Shown: positions 18,964 through 28,178 of the stretch, one piece after another
How positions within the stretch are numbered: the first letter of the stretch is position 1
How the letters are laid out: every line of letters starts with the position of its first letter
Assembly (NCBI GenBank): GCA_041690135.1
Contig: JAWLHY010000002.1
Location: 1,200,342 to 1,264,341, forward strand
Reading direction: 5' to 3'
Source of the DNA: Armatimonadota bacterium
GTDB lineage: Bacteria > Armatimonadota > SYMT01
DNA: 64,000 nucleotides
Program-made: the position numbers and the translations under genes
The notes under the pieces: model-generated
Database searches by the model: none
What the model was told of the DNA's origin: nothing
Seen by the model: only the letters and a program-made list of their open reading frames with translations

Positions 18964-19890
18964 ATGACGTACCGGCAACTCCTGCGAGACCAGTTCAGCT
19001 TCGGCCGCGAAACGTATGGGGCAGACTCCTATCCGATGCGCAAAGGCCTGCCCGAACTGGTGGCAGAGCTCGAAGAGGGTACACGGACGGACGCGAACTC
19101 GGACCTGCATTTCATCCTGTGTTTGCTCGCGTTCGCCCATCTCGGCTACCCTTGCAGCTTCGATACGCGGCAGATACTGCATCTGGGCGTGGATATCATC
19201 TTGCACTTCATCCGGGGAGAGTGGATCAAATATCGCCCGGACCTGAGCCCGACTATCGACAAACGCGCGGACAATCCGGAACTGGAGTGGTTCGGCGCCT
19301 TTCGCCAGGGCTTGTTGGTCTCCCTGCTGTCGGACCGGGAAGCCGGGCTGCGCGAGCTTGCCGATTGGCCCGAGCCCTGGATGGAGACCGATCACACGAT
19401 TCTGCCCGGGCTGCGCCTGGATCCGCTCTATGCCACGCTCTACCTGGTGATCGCCCACGAGTTCCGGTCTGTGCCGTTTGCCGATGTCGAACAACTGCGG
19501 AGTAAGCTCCAGGTCGCTCGCAAGAAGCCGCTCCAGCTCCTCCACGGCACCTGGGAAGCCGTGCTCGCACGGGACCAGGAAAGCTTCGCACAGGGGATTG
19601 TGAAATCGGTCCAGGAGTGGGAGCGCTCTTACGACGGACACTGCGCCCACCCCAAGAACTGCATCGCCGAAGACGCATCCGTGCTCCTCGCCGCCGGCCG
19701 CCGGTTAGGAATGGAGCTTCCCGAGTTCGAACCCGTGATTGCCGCGCGACTGCTGACGCGGGAGTCGATCCGGCTGGGAACCTGTCATGTGGACCTCCGG
19801 GCCGGCGACCGCTCCGGCGGGCCATCGGCGCCGCCGGACCCCTTTCGCAAACTGCTGACTGATTTCGGGATTGGTAGGCGGGACGACTGA
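18964..19890 (+). CDS. Hypothetical helical protein, possibly Imm49-like immunity protein
   Basis: 308-aa ORF; C-terminal 'LAAGRRLGMELPEFEPVIAARLL' recalls Imm49 termini (weak). Confidence 0.55.
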   Translation: MTYRQLLRDQFSFGRETYGADSYPMRKGLPELVAELEEGTRTDANSDLHFILCLLAFAHLGYPCSFDTRQILHLGVDIILHFIRGEWIKYRPDLSPTIDKRADNPELEWFGAFRQGLLVSLLSDREAGLRELADWPEPWMETDHTILPGLRLDPLYATLYLVIAHEFRSVPFADVEQLRSKLQVARKKPLQLLHGTWEAVLARDQESFAQGIVKSVQEWERSYDGHCAHPKNCIAEDASVLLAAGRRLGMELPEFEPVIAARLLTRESIRLGTCHVDLRAGDRSGGPSAPPDPFRKLLTDFGIGRRDD

Positions 19891-20176
19891 AAGCCGTCGG
19901 TCCGAACCTGGGGGTCATCCGATGTCGCTGCAACCCCACGTCTTTCCTATCGCCCGCCCCGACGAGGCGACATGGCAGAACCGGGGCAAGGCCTTCCGCA
20001 TGTCTCCTCTGGCGGGAGCCGATCGTCTTCTCCTGTTCGGAAGGCAACGCCTGGCCGCAAGGAGCAACGGAGCCTCGTGCAGAACTCTAAGGGAGTTTTC
20101 CGGTACCGGTCTTCGCAACCACTTCCAAGATCCCTTCCGCGTGCCGTAACGCGCGAGGTCCCGTTTAGAGGTCAAG

Positions 20177-21142
20177 ATGCCATCCACTCGACGTGAGATA
20201 TTGAAGCGTGCCGCCGCCGCGGGCACAGTTTCCCTGGCGGCGCTGGAGCCGCTGACTTCCGCTGCCGCGGCCTCCTCCATCCCGATGATCGACACCCACC
20301 AGCACCTGTGGGACGGCGAGTCCCTGCGCATCGCCTGGCTCAAGGACCCGGGCGCGGCCAAGGTGGCGGGCCGTCACAACATGGCGGACTACCTGCGCGA
20401 GGCGAAGGGGCTGGGGATCGTCAAGACCATCTACATGGAAGTGGATGCGGACGAGGACCAGCAGATGCGGGAAGCCCAGTTCGTCATCTCCACCTGCAAG
20501 GGCGGCAAGACCCCGATGCGGAAGGGGGTCGTCTCCGGTCGTCCCAACTCTCCCGGGTTCCTCAAGTACGCCGCCGCGCTGAAGGACTCCGAGTACATCA
20601 AGGGCTTCCGGCAGATCCTCCATCCCCCCAATCGCCCGCGCGGCCTCTGCCTGCAGCCGCAGTTCGTCAAGAGCATCCAGCAACTCGGAGAATGGGGCAA
20701 GAGCTACGATATTTGCATCCGCCCCGGCGAACTGGCGGACGGCTACAAGCTGGCGGACCTCTGCCCCAACACCAGCTTCATCCTGGACCACTGCGGAAAC
20801 GGTGAAGCGAACTGGGGCGGCAAGGGACCGGAATTCCAGGCCTGGAAGGACGGGATTTCCGAATTCGCCCTCCGGATGAATGTGAGCTGCAAGCTTTCCG
20901 GTGTGATCAAGACCTGCAAGGACACGCCGAACAAGGCCGCGCAACTCCGACCTCTCGTCGACCACGTGATCGACGCCTTCGGGCCGGACCGGGTGATCTG
21001 GGCCAGCGACTGGCCGGTCTGCGAGTTCACCGCCTCCCTGAAGGAGTGGGTGGATGTGGCGCACGCCCTCACCAGCGACCTGCCCAGCGCGGATCGGAAG
21101 AAGATCTTCCACGATAACGCGGTGAAGTTCTACCGCGTGTAG
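20177..21142 (+). CDS. Tat-exported amidohydrolase_2 family protein (lactonase-like)
   Basis: Tat motif TRREIL; 'IDTHQHLWD', 'ILDHCG', 'FGPDRVIWASDWP'. Confidence 0.9.
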   Translation: MPSTRREILKRAAAAGTVSLAALEPLTSAAAASSIPMIDTHQHLWDGESLRIAWLKDPGAAKVAGRHNMADYLREAKGLGIVKTIYMEVDADEDQQMREAQFVISTCKGGKTPMRKGVVSGRPNSPGFLKYAAALKDSEYIKGFRQILHPPNRPRGLCLQPQFVKSIQQLGEWGKSYDICIRPGELADGYKLADLCPNTSFILDHCGNGEANWGGKGPEFQAWKDGISEFALRMNVSCKLSGVIKTCKDTPNKAAQLRPLVDHVIDAFGPDRVIWASDWPVCEFTASLKEWVDVAHALTSDLPSADRKKIFHDNAVKFYRV

Positions 21143-21548
21143 GTGGCCTTTGCATGGAGGGGGCCCGTTCAAGCCGGGGCCCCTCCAACTGCGGCCTCTC
21201 CGACTAGAGTTCCCGCGCCATTGCTGATGCTTGGAACCAGGGTTACTTGTCACCCCAGTTCTGATCGCCCTCGCTCGCTCTGCGCCGCGGCAGTACCGGT
21301 TCTTGGTGAACGGTATGGTCTTTGTTATTGCACCGATGTAGGGCAGGTTTTCCGATGCCTGCCTGGCACTGGGTTCGCACCTGTCTTGCCGTGTGGGGCT
21401 CCGATTACCCTGGCCTATGCGAGGCCTTCCCGTCCGGTGTCGAGCATTGTGCTACGCTGGCTGCCCGGGTTTTTGTTCGCCTTGCTGACCAGCTACCGTG
21501 TAGTCCCCCCGCGCCCTAGTCACCCGCAGGCTCCCTCACGCGACAATC

Positions 21549-22130
21549 GGCCCTGCGCTCGGCCTTTCACGCTCGTCCCTCGCTAGCGGCCGGCTCCGGG
21601 CGCAAAATACGCAATTGGCTCCCCGCGTGAAGACTGGCGGCGTGGCCCAGATTGGCGGTTAACGGGAGCCTGCGGGCGCCGTCGAGCGACCTCCCCCTCT
21701 GGGGAGGTCACAAGAGGGGGCGTCCGACACGCCCCCAGTGATTCCGGTAGCCGCTCAACTGATGTCAACGATCCGCACTTCTGCCGAACCTGTGGCCGAC
21801 CTATCGGCTCGATGTGTTGCCCCGTTGGGTAACTCACTCGCGGGGGTCCGACACCCCAGGGGTCAGACGGCAGTCTGCTTTTCGTTCTGAACTCCATACC
21901 CTTGTATGTCCATCCGTCACCATAGGTTAGAACCGCCATCGAACCTCAGGCCGACGGGTCGGCCAGGATGTGGCTCCCCCTGGGGGGAGCGGCTTAAGCT
22001 GGAGAGGGGACGACCGTTCACGCCTGGCGGAAGGCACAGTGCCAGGCCGTTGCGCGGGAAGTTGATTTGCCAGGCACGTCCGGAGCCGGCCGCTAGCGAG
22101 GGACGAGCGTGAAAGGCCGAGCGGAGGACC
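21549..22130. repeat. Family A long non-coding element, copy 2
   Basis: Inverted repeats at 21549-21602 and about 22077-22130; same internal hairpins as copy 1; flanking homology from about 21490 to 22258. Confidence 0.8.
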
Positions 22131-22259
22131 AGACTCGCGGGAGGGCGTCCCCTCGGAGGTGAGGGCCGGGGGGACTTACCGGTAGCCGCAAAGCGAGAGA
22201 TGAAACACCACCGTTGTTGATGAGCTCAATGGTTCGCGGCACACCGCCCCCTGTGAAAG

Positions 22260-22847
22260 CTATCGCTCCGGCCGCTCCGGCAACTCCACCCGCGCATAGA
22301 TCTCTGCCAGCGAGAGCGTTATCTCCGCCACCGCATCCAGGGGCACGGCGGCATCGGGACCCTCGAATTCCTGAAATACCCATTCCTCTGCGCGTCGCTC
22401 GAACCGCTCGACGCGCATCCGATCTGAGGAGACCACCCAGTACTCTCGCAGCGAAGTTATGCGACGGTAGTGCCCAAACTTCGCGCCGCGGTCGTAGGCT
22501 TCGGTGGACGGAGAGAGGACCTCGATCAGCACGGCAGGATTGACCAGCGTGTTCGGGTCTTCGGGATCGAACTCTTCCGGGGCGCAGGCGATCGAGAGAT
22601 CGGGGTAGGTATAGAAGCCCAGGGTGGGGATACCGACCCTCTGATCGCTTCCAATGGGCTGACAGGGAGATGTGCGAAGTGCGGCCCAGAGTAGCCCGGT
22701 CAGGTTGGCAGTGATCTGGTTGTGCGCCCGTGACGCTCCGGCCATCGCGTAGAGCCGGCCGTTCACCAGTTCATGACGGATGGGAGAGTCTCGCTCGAAC
22801 GCCAGATACTCAGCGGGCGAAATGGATCGGTCTTCAGCGGCGGACAT
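22260..22847 (-). CDS. Uma2 family endonuclease
   Basis: 'EYLAFER...HELVNG..YAMAG...YTYPDL...IEVLSPSTEAYDRGAKF..Y'. Confidence 0.93.
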   Translation of the reverse strand: MSAAEDRSISPAEYLAFERDSPIRHELVNGRLYAMAGASRAHNQITANLTGLLWAALRTSPCQPIGSDQRVGIPTLGFYTYPDLSIACAPEEFDPEDPNTLVNPAVLIEVLSPSTEAYDRGAKFGHYRRITSLREYWVVSSDRMRVERFERRAEEWVFQEFEGPDAAVPLDAVAEITLSLAEIYARVELPERPER

Positions 22848-22898
22848 GGAGGCGAATCTCTTGGTGTTAGGTGTGGGGGCCAGGTCTTGTGGGAGCTA

Positions 22899-23062
22899 AG
22901 GGGTTGGGGCGAGTAACTGGGAAGGTACGGTTTCCCTGAGGGAGGCCGACACCCGCGCGCGGGTACCCGGCGCCGTCACTCCGGCAAGCCTCGCGGACCT
23001 GCGTGGAGAAACAGGCTTGTACCGAACGGTCAAAAACTGGCCAGATTCTTCCCCCAACCCCT
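22899..23062 (+). mobile_element. MITE-like element, family B, copy 3 (best-preserved terminal inverted repeats)
   Basis: TA|AGGGGTTGGGGcgagtaaCTGG ... CCAGattcttcCCCCAACCCCT|TA; internal homology to copies 1 and 2. Confidence 0.75.
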
Positions 23063-23150
23063 TAGTGCCGGCGAGTAAGGGTATGTCCCACCCCTCAATT
23101 GTAACAGTCCCTTTCGCTCTGGTCGGCACCAACGTACCGGATGTCTCGGA

Positions 23151-24836
23151 TCACTTCACCGCTTCGCCATCGTAAAGCGGCAGCATCACCCGGGACGGGT
23201 GCTTTGCGGAGAGGTGTATCGTATTCGTGGCCACGCGGCCCTTGCCGGGCGTAAAGTGCGGTTCGCCGGTGTTCGGGTTCGGCTCGAAGCGAGGGGCATT
23301 GGACGAGGAGACGGCGATCCGGATGCGGTGGCCCTTGTTGAACACCTGCGACGTGCTCCAGAGGTCCACGTTCAGCTCGTAGACCCTGCCGGGCTCCAGC
23401 AGCTCGCGCTTCGAGAAGCTCTTGCGGAGCGAGGCGCGTCGGATGCCGTCGGTCACTAGCAGGGAACGGCCGTCGGGGTAGACGTCCGTAAGCTTCACCG
23501 TAAAGTCGGTGTCCGGTCCGTCCGTGGAAACGTAAAGCTTTGCGGAGACGCGGCCGGTTACCTCCGCCGCCTGCATCAGCGGCTCGCTGGTGAAGACGAG
23601 GACGTCCGGACGGGACTCCACCGGGCGTTGGTCCATCGGCCCTTTGGCTATCCCCAGGTTCTGGCCGCCGGTCGTGGGCACCGGTTTCTCGGGGTCGTAC
23701 TTGTAGGTAAGGTCGCGCTCGCCGTCTGGCTTTTTCAACGAGAGCTTGCCGTCCGCGCGAAGATACAGCGGCGTCGGCGTGGAGGGGGGCGGCCACGTGT
23801 CCGCCGAGCGCCACGCGTTGCCCGGCGAGTCGGCCTCTCCCACCGCGCCCATCACATAGTAGTGGACCGGCTTCAGCTTTTCCACGGCCGGGTCCGGCTT
23901 CTGCGCCCAGTGCCCGATGACGTTCATCGGTGCGATGAGGTTGAGCGGTGCCTCGCTGGCTCCCGGGTACTCGACCTTCTCGGCATACGCGCCGTGGGCC
24001 TGCGGTCCGATCACCAGGAAGCACTTCCCCCGGGCGCCGGGCCCGCCCCGCTTCTGGATATTCACAAACGAGTTGATCGTCCCCTGGACGAAGATGTCGT
24101 GCCAGCCGCCGATGAACACGCCCGGAGCATTCACCTGCTCGGCATGGGCGTCGGCGCTGAGCCCCTGCCAGAATTCGTCGTAAGTGGGATGCGCGAGGAA
24201 CGTCTTCAGGTTGACGTCCTCCATCCGGGTAGCCTTGAGCCAGCCTTCCAGCAACTCCTTCCGCCACACGCCGCCCTGGTAAGCCGCCTGGTGGTAGTAG
24301 TCCGAAAAGGCCATAAGCACGACCTGGCCCTTTAGCGCTTCCGGGGCATTCGGCGCGGCCATGTTCTGCGTGATGCCCAGCGCGGAGGCGCCCCAGGTCA
24401 CCACCTTCCCATTCGACCACGGCTGCTTCGCGATCCAGCGGAGGGTATCGTGACCGTCCTGATGCTTGCCGCCCAGGCCGTCGTTCGCGAAGATGATGGC
24501 ATGATTCCCCTCCGAGGCGAACCGGCCGCGCATGTCCTGTGAGACCACGGCGTAACCCATGCGCCCCAGTGCTTCGAGCTGGGCTTTACCCACTCCCTTT
24601 CCGTAAGGGGTGCGGGCCAGGATCGTGGGGAACGGCGGCTGTTTGCCGGGTGGCACATACACGTCGGTCGCGAGCCGGATCCCGTCCGCCATCGGCACCA
24701 TCACGGTCTGCAGCCCGGCCTGACCCTTCCCTTGCGCCGCCGCGCGCACGCCCCGTCCGGCCGCACACCCTCCCAGCGCGGCCGCCGCCAGAAGGAGACC
24801 GATGCCGGTGACCCGAACGCCGAATGGGAGAGTCAT
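23151..24836 (-). CDS. CocE/NonD family hydrolase (secreted, possibly a lipoprotein)
   Basis: 'MADGIRLATDVY', 'RTPYGK', 'QDMRGRFASEG', 'WGASALG', 'GHRIRIAVSSSNAPRF'; RBS GGAGG. Confidence 0.92.
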   Translation of the reverse strand: MTLPFGVRVTGIGLLLAAAALGGCAAGRGVRAAAQGKGQAGLQTVMVPMADGIRLATDVYVPPGKQPPFPTILARTPYGKGVGKAQLEALGRMGYAVVSQDMRGRFASEGNHAIIFANDGLGGKHQDGHDTLRWIAKQPWSNGKVVTWGASALGITQNMAAPNAPEALKGQVVLMAFSDYYHQAAYQGGVWRKELLEGWLKATRMEDVNLKTFLAHPTYDEFWQGLSADAHAEQVNAPGVFIGGWHDIFVQGTINSFVNIQKRGGPGARGKCFLVIGPQAHGAYAEKVEYPGASEAPLNLIAPMNVIGHWAQKPDPAVEKLKPVHYYVMGAVGEADSPGNAWRSADTWPPPSTPTPLYLRADGKLSLKKPDGERDLTYKYDPEKPVPTTGGQNLGIAKGPMDQRPVESRPDVLVFTSEPLMQAAEVTGRVSAKLYVSTDGPDTDFTVKLTDVYPDGRSLLVTDGIRRASLRKSFSKRELLEPGRVYELNVDLWSTSQVFNKGHRIRIAVSSSNAPRFEPNPNTGEPHFTPGKGRVATNTIHLSAKHPSRVMLPLYDGEAVK

Positions 24837-25061
24837 GACCGCTGTTCCTCCACCTACCGCCTCCAACAGGAGCCTTGCTTCGGCAGTTGGCTGGCTGAGG
24901 TCCCGATCCCTGCCGGAACCCATCTAGCGTACTCCAAAGGCGGCAGATTCTGGGTGGGAATACTCCATTCGGTTTACTTTCTGGCGGGCAAGGAGGAAGC
25001 AGGTTGCCCGGATAAGAAAAGGACGGGTGTGCTACGATCCAACTGGCGTAAGGGGGAGCGA

Positions 25062-25766
25062 ATGAAACGGTGGTTCGCAGTTAGCGGGTTAGGGTTGTTG
25101 GCGACGTTACTGGGAGGCGCGCAGCCGGCCATGGCGCAGACGGTGCTGGCGGCAAGCCACTTTGACGCTGATCGCGAAGGCTGGGTGGCGCAGGATCTCG
25201 GCAGCCCGAACCCCGGTGCACCACCGGTTCATCTTGCCACCTACATTCCTACATACCAGAGCACCGGAGGTAATCCGGGCGGGCACCTGCAGTTGGGAGA
25301 CCCCACTGGGAACGCCTGGTACTGGTACGCCCCCGGCGCCTTCTTGGGCAATAAATCGAGTGCCTATGGGGGCACGCTCTCCTACCAGCTCAAGGTGACG
25401 GGTGGCACGGAACCATTCACGCAACCGGATGTGATTCTTGTGGGGGGCGGGCTGACGCTCGTCCGCGGGAACCTGGCGCCTCCCGGGTCGGTGAGTTTCA
25501 ACTCCTACCAGTTGAACCTCTCGGAGACGGGTTGGACCCGGAACGCCCTGGGAGGGGTGGCCGCTACAGACGAGGATATGAAGACGGTGCTGGGTAATCT
25601 CTCGCACCTCTATATTCGGGGGGAATACCGGGCCGGAACGGACACCGGCTATCTGGACAACGTGGTGCTGACCAGCGCGGCGCCGACCGCGGTCCCGGAG
25701 CCGGGCTCGCTGTTGCTCTTCCTGCCGGCCCTGGCGGCGGTAGTGGCGCTGCGGCGCAAGCAGTAA
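25062..25766 (+). CDS. PEP-CTERM sorted protein with a laminin IV (laminin B) domain
   Basis: Signal peptide; 'WYAPGAFLGNKSSAYGGTLSY...PDVILVGGG...LYIRGEY...LDNV'; C-terminal VPEPG, TM, RRK. Confidence 0.88.
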   Translation: MKRWFAVSGLGLLATLLGGAQPAMAQTVLAASHFDADREGWVAQDLGSPNPGAPPVHLATYIPTYQSTGGNPGGHLQLGDPTGNAWYWYAPGAFLGNKSSAYGGTLSYQLKVTGGTEPFTQPDVILVGGGLTLVRGNLAPPGSVSFNSYQLNLSETGWTRNALGGVAATDEDMKTVLGNLSHLYIRGEYRAGTDTGYLDNVVLTSAAPTAVPEPGSLLLFLPALAAVVALRRKQ

Positions 25767-25850
25767 TTGACCTCCCGTATACCCAAGCCGCTTCAACCAC
25801 CTACCGAACGTTTACTCTCCAAAGGGGGCCTGAACGCCGACTGCCGGCCG

Positions 25851-25890
25851 CCTGACCACCCGACCACCTGAACACCTGAACACCCGACCA
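25851..25890. repeat. 8-bp tandem repeat (CCYGAMCA x5) between convergent genes
   Basis: cctgacca cccgacca cctgaaca cctgaaca cccgacca. Confidence 0.8.
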
Positions 25891-25891
25891 C

Positions 25892-27490
25892 CTACTCCCC
25901 ATACACCACCGCCCCTAACAAGTAGCACTCGGTTCCGGATGAGCGCGAGTCCTTACCGGCGGTGGTGACCAGGCGGAGGGTATGTCTTCCCGGCTTCAGG
26001 CCGTAGATGTGCCACAGGCTGTCGTCGACGGTGTTCGGGGGGATGTAGAAGTCGACGGTCCCCGCCTTCTTTCCATCCAGGAACACATCGGCCCGGCCGC
26101 CGCTGGGGGAATGGGGTCCCACCAGCGCCACGCCGGTCCCCTCGAAGGAGAGGGTCCCCTCCTGGCCCGTTGAAGTGGTCAACTTGCCCCCGAGCGGCGT
26201 ACGATACTCGATTTTTCCGGACCGGTCACTCCACTCGCCGCGCCAGTTCCAGTCGGGGCCCGTGGCGGGGATAATCCGCAAGGGCCGGCCCATGCTCCAC
26301 TGCTCCAGCTTCGGCGGGCGCGGGGCCTGGTGGGGGACTGTGATTTCCGTATCACTCCAGCTTCCGCCCGCACGGGTCACCACCTGGCGGGCCCGGTTTA
26401 GTGTGGAGCGGATGATGTCGTTGAAGGAATAATTGGTGTAATCGAACTTCCGGCCGGCGAGCGCGGGCAGGCCGGACTTCCACTTCTCCGGAATGCGGTC
26501 ATACCCCAGCATCACCCCCAGCACCCCGGCAGCGCTGGCAGGGTTGCAATCCGAATCCTGGCCGCAGCGAGTGGAAATCTCCAGGGTCCGGCCGAAGTCG
26601 CCGTCGCCATAAAGCATCCCGATGGCGATGTAGGCGCCGTTCAGACGGGCGTCGATATTGAAGGGCTGGAGCGCACCGCCCGAGCAGGAATCGTCGCGGT
26701 CCCACCGTTCCTGGACCTTCTGCCAGGTCAAGCGCCATTGCTTCGGTTCGTCGCGGTGCCAGGCCAGCACGTCCCGGATGATCCGGGCGTACCCGCTCCG
26801 CGGCGGGAGCGAGGCGAGGCCCAGTTCCACGATGCGGCGGGGATCTTTTTCAAAGAAGGCGGCGGAATACATGGCGGTGACGAAGGTGCCGCCGTAGAGG
26901 CCGTCCCCATGGTTCATCACCCGGCCCACCCGCTCGCAGAAGCGGCTGGCCTCCCGCGGCAGACCCGGCGTCATCAGGCCGATGAAGTCCGCCTCGATCT
27001 GGAAGTCGATGTCGTTGGCGTGGAGGTTGTACTTCGGGTGTCCGGACCACGGCGCGGGCACGCCGGCATTCAACAACCGGCGTGCGGCCGCGTTGGCGTG
27101 CCAGAGCTGGTACTTCGAGTCGCGGAAGGCTTCACCGTACTGCTGCGTGGTGGCGTCCAGCCCCACGCGGTCCATCACCTCCGCGAAGGTCATCTCCACG
27201 TAGAGGTCGTCCTGGTGGAGCGTGTTCTCGATCTGCTCCGGCTTCCAGGGGATCTCCCCGTCGATCGTACGGCCCAGGTAGCGGAACTCGGTGGGGGCGC
27301 CGTACGCCACACCGATCATCTGCCCGGCCCAGCCACCGCGCACGCGGTCCTCCATCTCCGCCGGCCGCATCCGTCGGAGCGGTTCGGTCGGTCCAGCCGT
27401 GGATGCAGCGGTGAATAGCAGTCCCGCGGCAGCAAGGAGCGCGCTGGAAGCGGTGGCCGTCGTGGAGCGACGGAAGGATCTGTTACTCAT
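25892..27490 (-). CDS. Secreted ADP-ribosylglycohydrolase family protein with C-terminal beta-rich domain
   Basis: 'GGWAGQMIGV.YG.PTEF', 'QDDLYVE', 'GQDSDCNPA'; N-terminal signal. Confidence 0.85.
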   Translation of the reverse strand: MSNRSFRRSTTATASSALLAAAGLLFTAASTAGPTEPLRRMRPAEMEDRVRGGWAGQMIGVAYGAPTEFRYLGRTIDGEIPWKPEQIENTLHQDDLYVEMTFAEVMDRVGLDATTQQYGEAFRDSKYQLWHANAAARRLLNAGVPAPWSGHPKYNLHANDIDFQIEADFIGLMTPGLPREASRFCERVGRVMNHGDGLYGGTFVTAMYSAAFFEKDPRRIVELGLASLPPRSGYARIIRDVLAWHRDEPKQWRLTWQKVQERWDRDDSCSGGALQPFNIDARLNGAYIAIGMLYGDGDFGRTLEISTRCGQDSDCNPASAAGVLGVMLGYDRIPEKWKSGLPALAGRKFDYTNYSFNDIIRSTLNRARQVVTRAGGSWSDTEITVPHQAPRPPKLEQWSMGRPLRIIPATGPDWNWRGEWSDRSGKIEYRTPLGGKLTTSTGQEGTLSFEGTGVALVGPHSPSGGRADVFLDGKKAGTVDFYIPPNTVDDSLWHIYGLKPGRHTLRLVTTAGKDSRSSGTECYLLGAVVYGE

Positions 27491-27502
27491 TGACTCTAGT
27501 CC

Positions 27503-28159
27503 TCACACTGCGGATGGGTTCCGGAGGAAGCTCAGCGTCCTCTCCCAGGCCAGGCCGGCAGCGGCGCGGTCGTAGGCGTCCGTGCGGTCCGGCTCGCAGA
27601 ACCAGTGGCCCGTGCCGGGGTAGCGATGGAAGGTCACCGGGCGGCCAGCCCGGCGAAGGGCCTCTTCCAGATGGTCGACGTTGCCGGCCGGTTCGAACGG
27701 ATCGTCCTCCGCAAATTGGCCCAGGTACGCGGCCCGGGAGTTGCGGCAATCGTCGTCGCCGGTGCCATAGTAAAGGACCACGGACTGGATGAAGTCAGCC
27801 TGGGTGGCGGCGAGTTCGAGCGCATAAAAGGCGCCCAGGGAGAAGCCCACGACGGCCAGACCATCCTTCCTGCATCCGGTCCGCTCGTGGAGATTCCGGG
27901 CTGCCTCGGCGATCTCCGCCCGGGCGCGAAGCGAGTCGGCTTCGAGGGTCTCGGCGAGTGCCTCCGCCTCCGGGACGGTCGTCGCGACCTTGCCATGGTA
28001 GAGGTCCGGCGCAAAGGCGACGTACCCGGCGTCGGCAAGTTGCGTGCAGACCGACCTGATCGTGTCGTTCAACCCCCACCAGGCGTGAAGGACCAGCACC
28101 CCCGGTCCGCTGCCGGTGGGTGGGATGGCGAGGAAGCCATCAGGTTGAGACGTGGACAT
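27503..28159 (-). CDS. Dienelactone hydrolase family protein
   Basis: 'VLHAWWGLN', 'GFSLGA', 'YPGTGHWF'. Confidence 0.9.
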   Translation of the reverse strand: MSTSQPDGFLAIPPTGSGPGVLVLHAWWGLNDTIRSVCTQLADAGYVAFAPDLYHGKVATTVPEAEALAETLEADSLRARAEIAEAARNLHERTGCRKDGLAVVGFSLGAFYALELAATQADFIQSVVLYYGTGDDDCRNSRAAYLGQFAEDDPFEPAGNVDHLEEALRRAGRPVTFHRYPGTGHWFCEPDRTDAYDRAAAGLAWERTLSFLRNPSAV

Positions 28160-28178
28160 TAACTCCTCCCGGTCTGGA

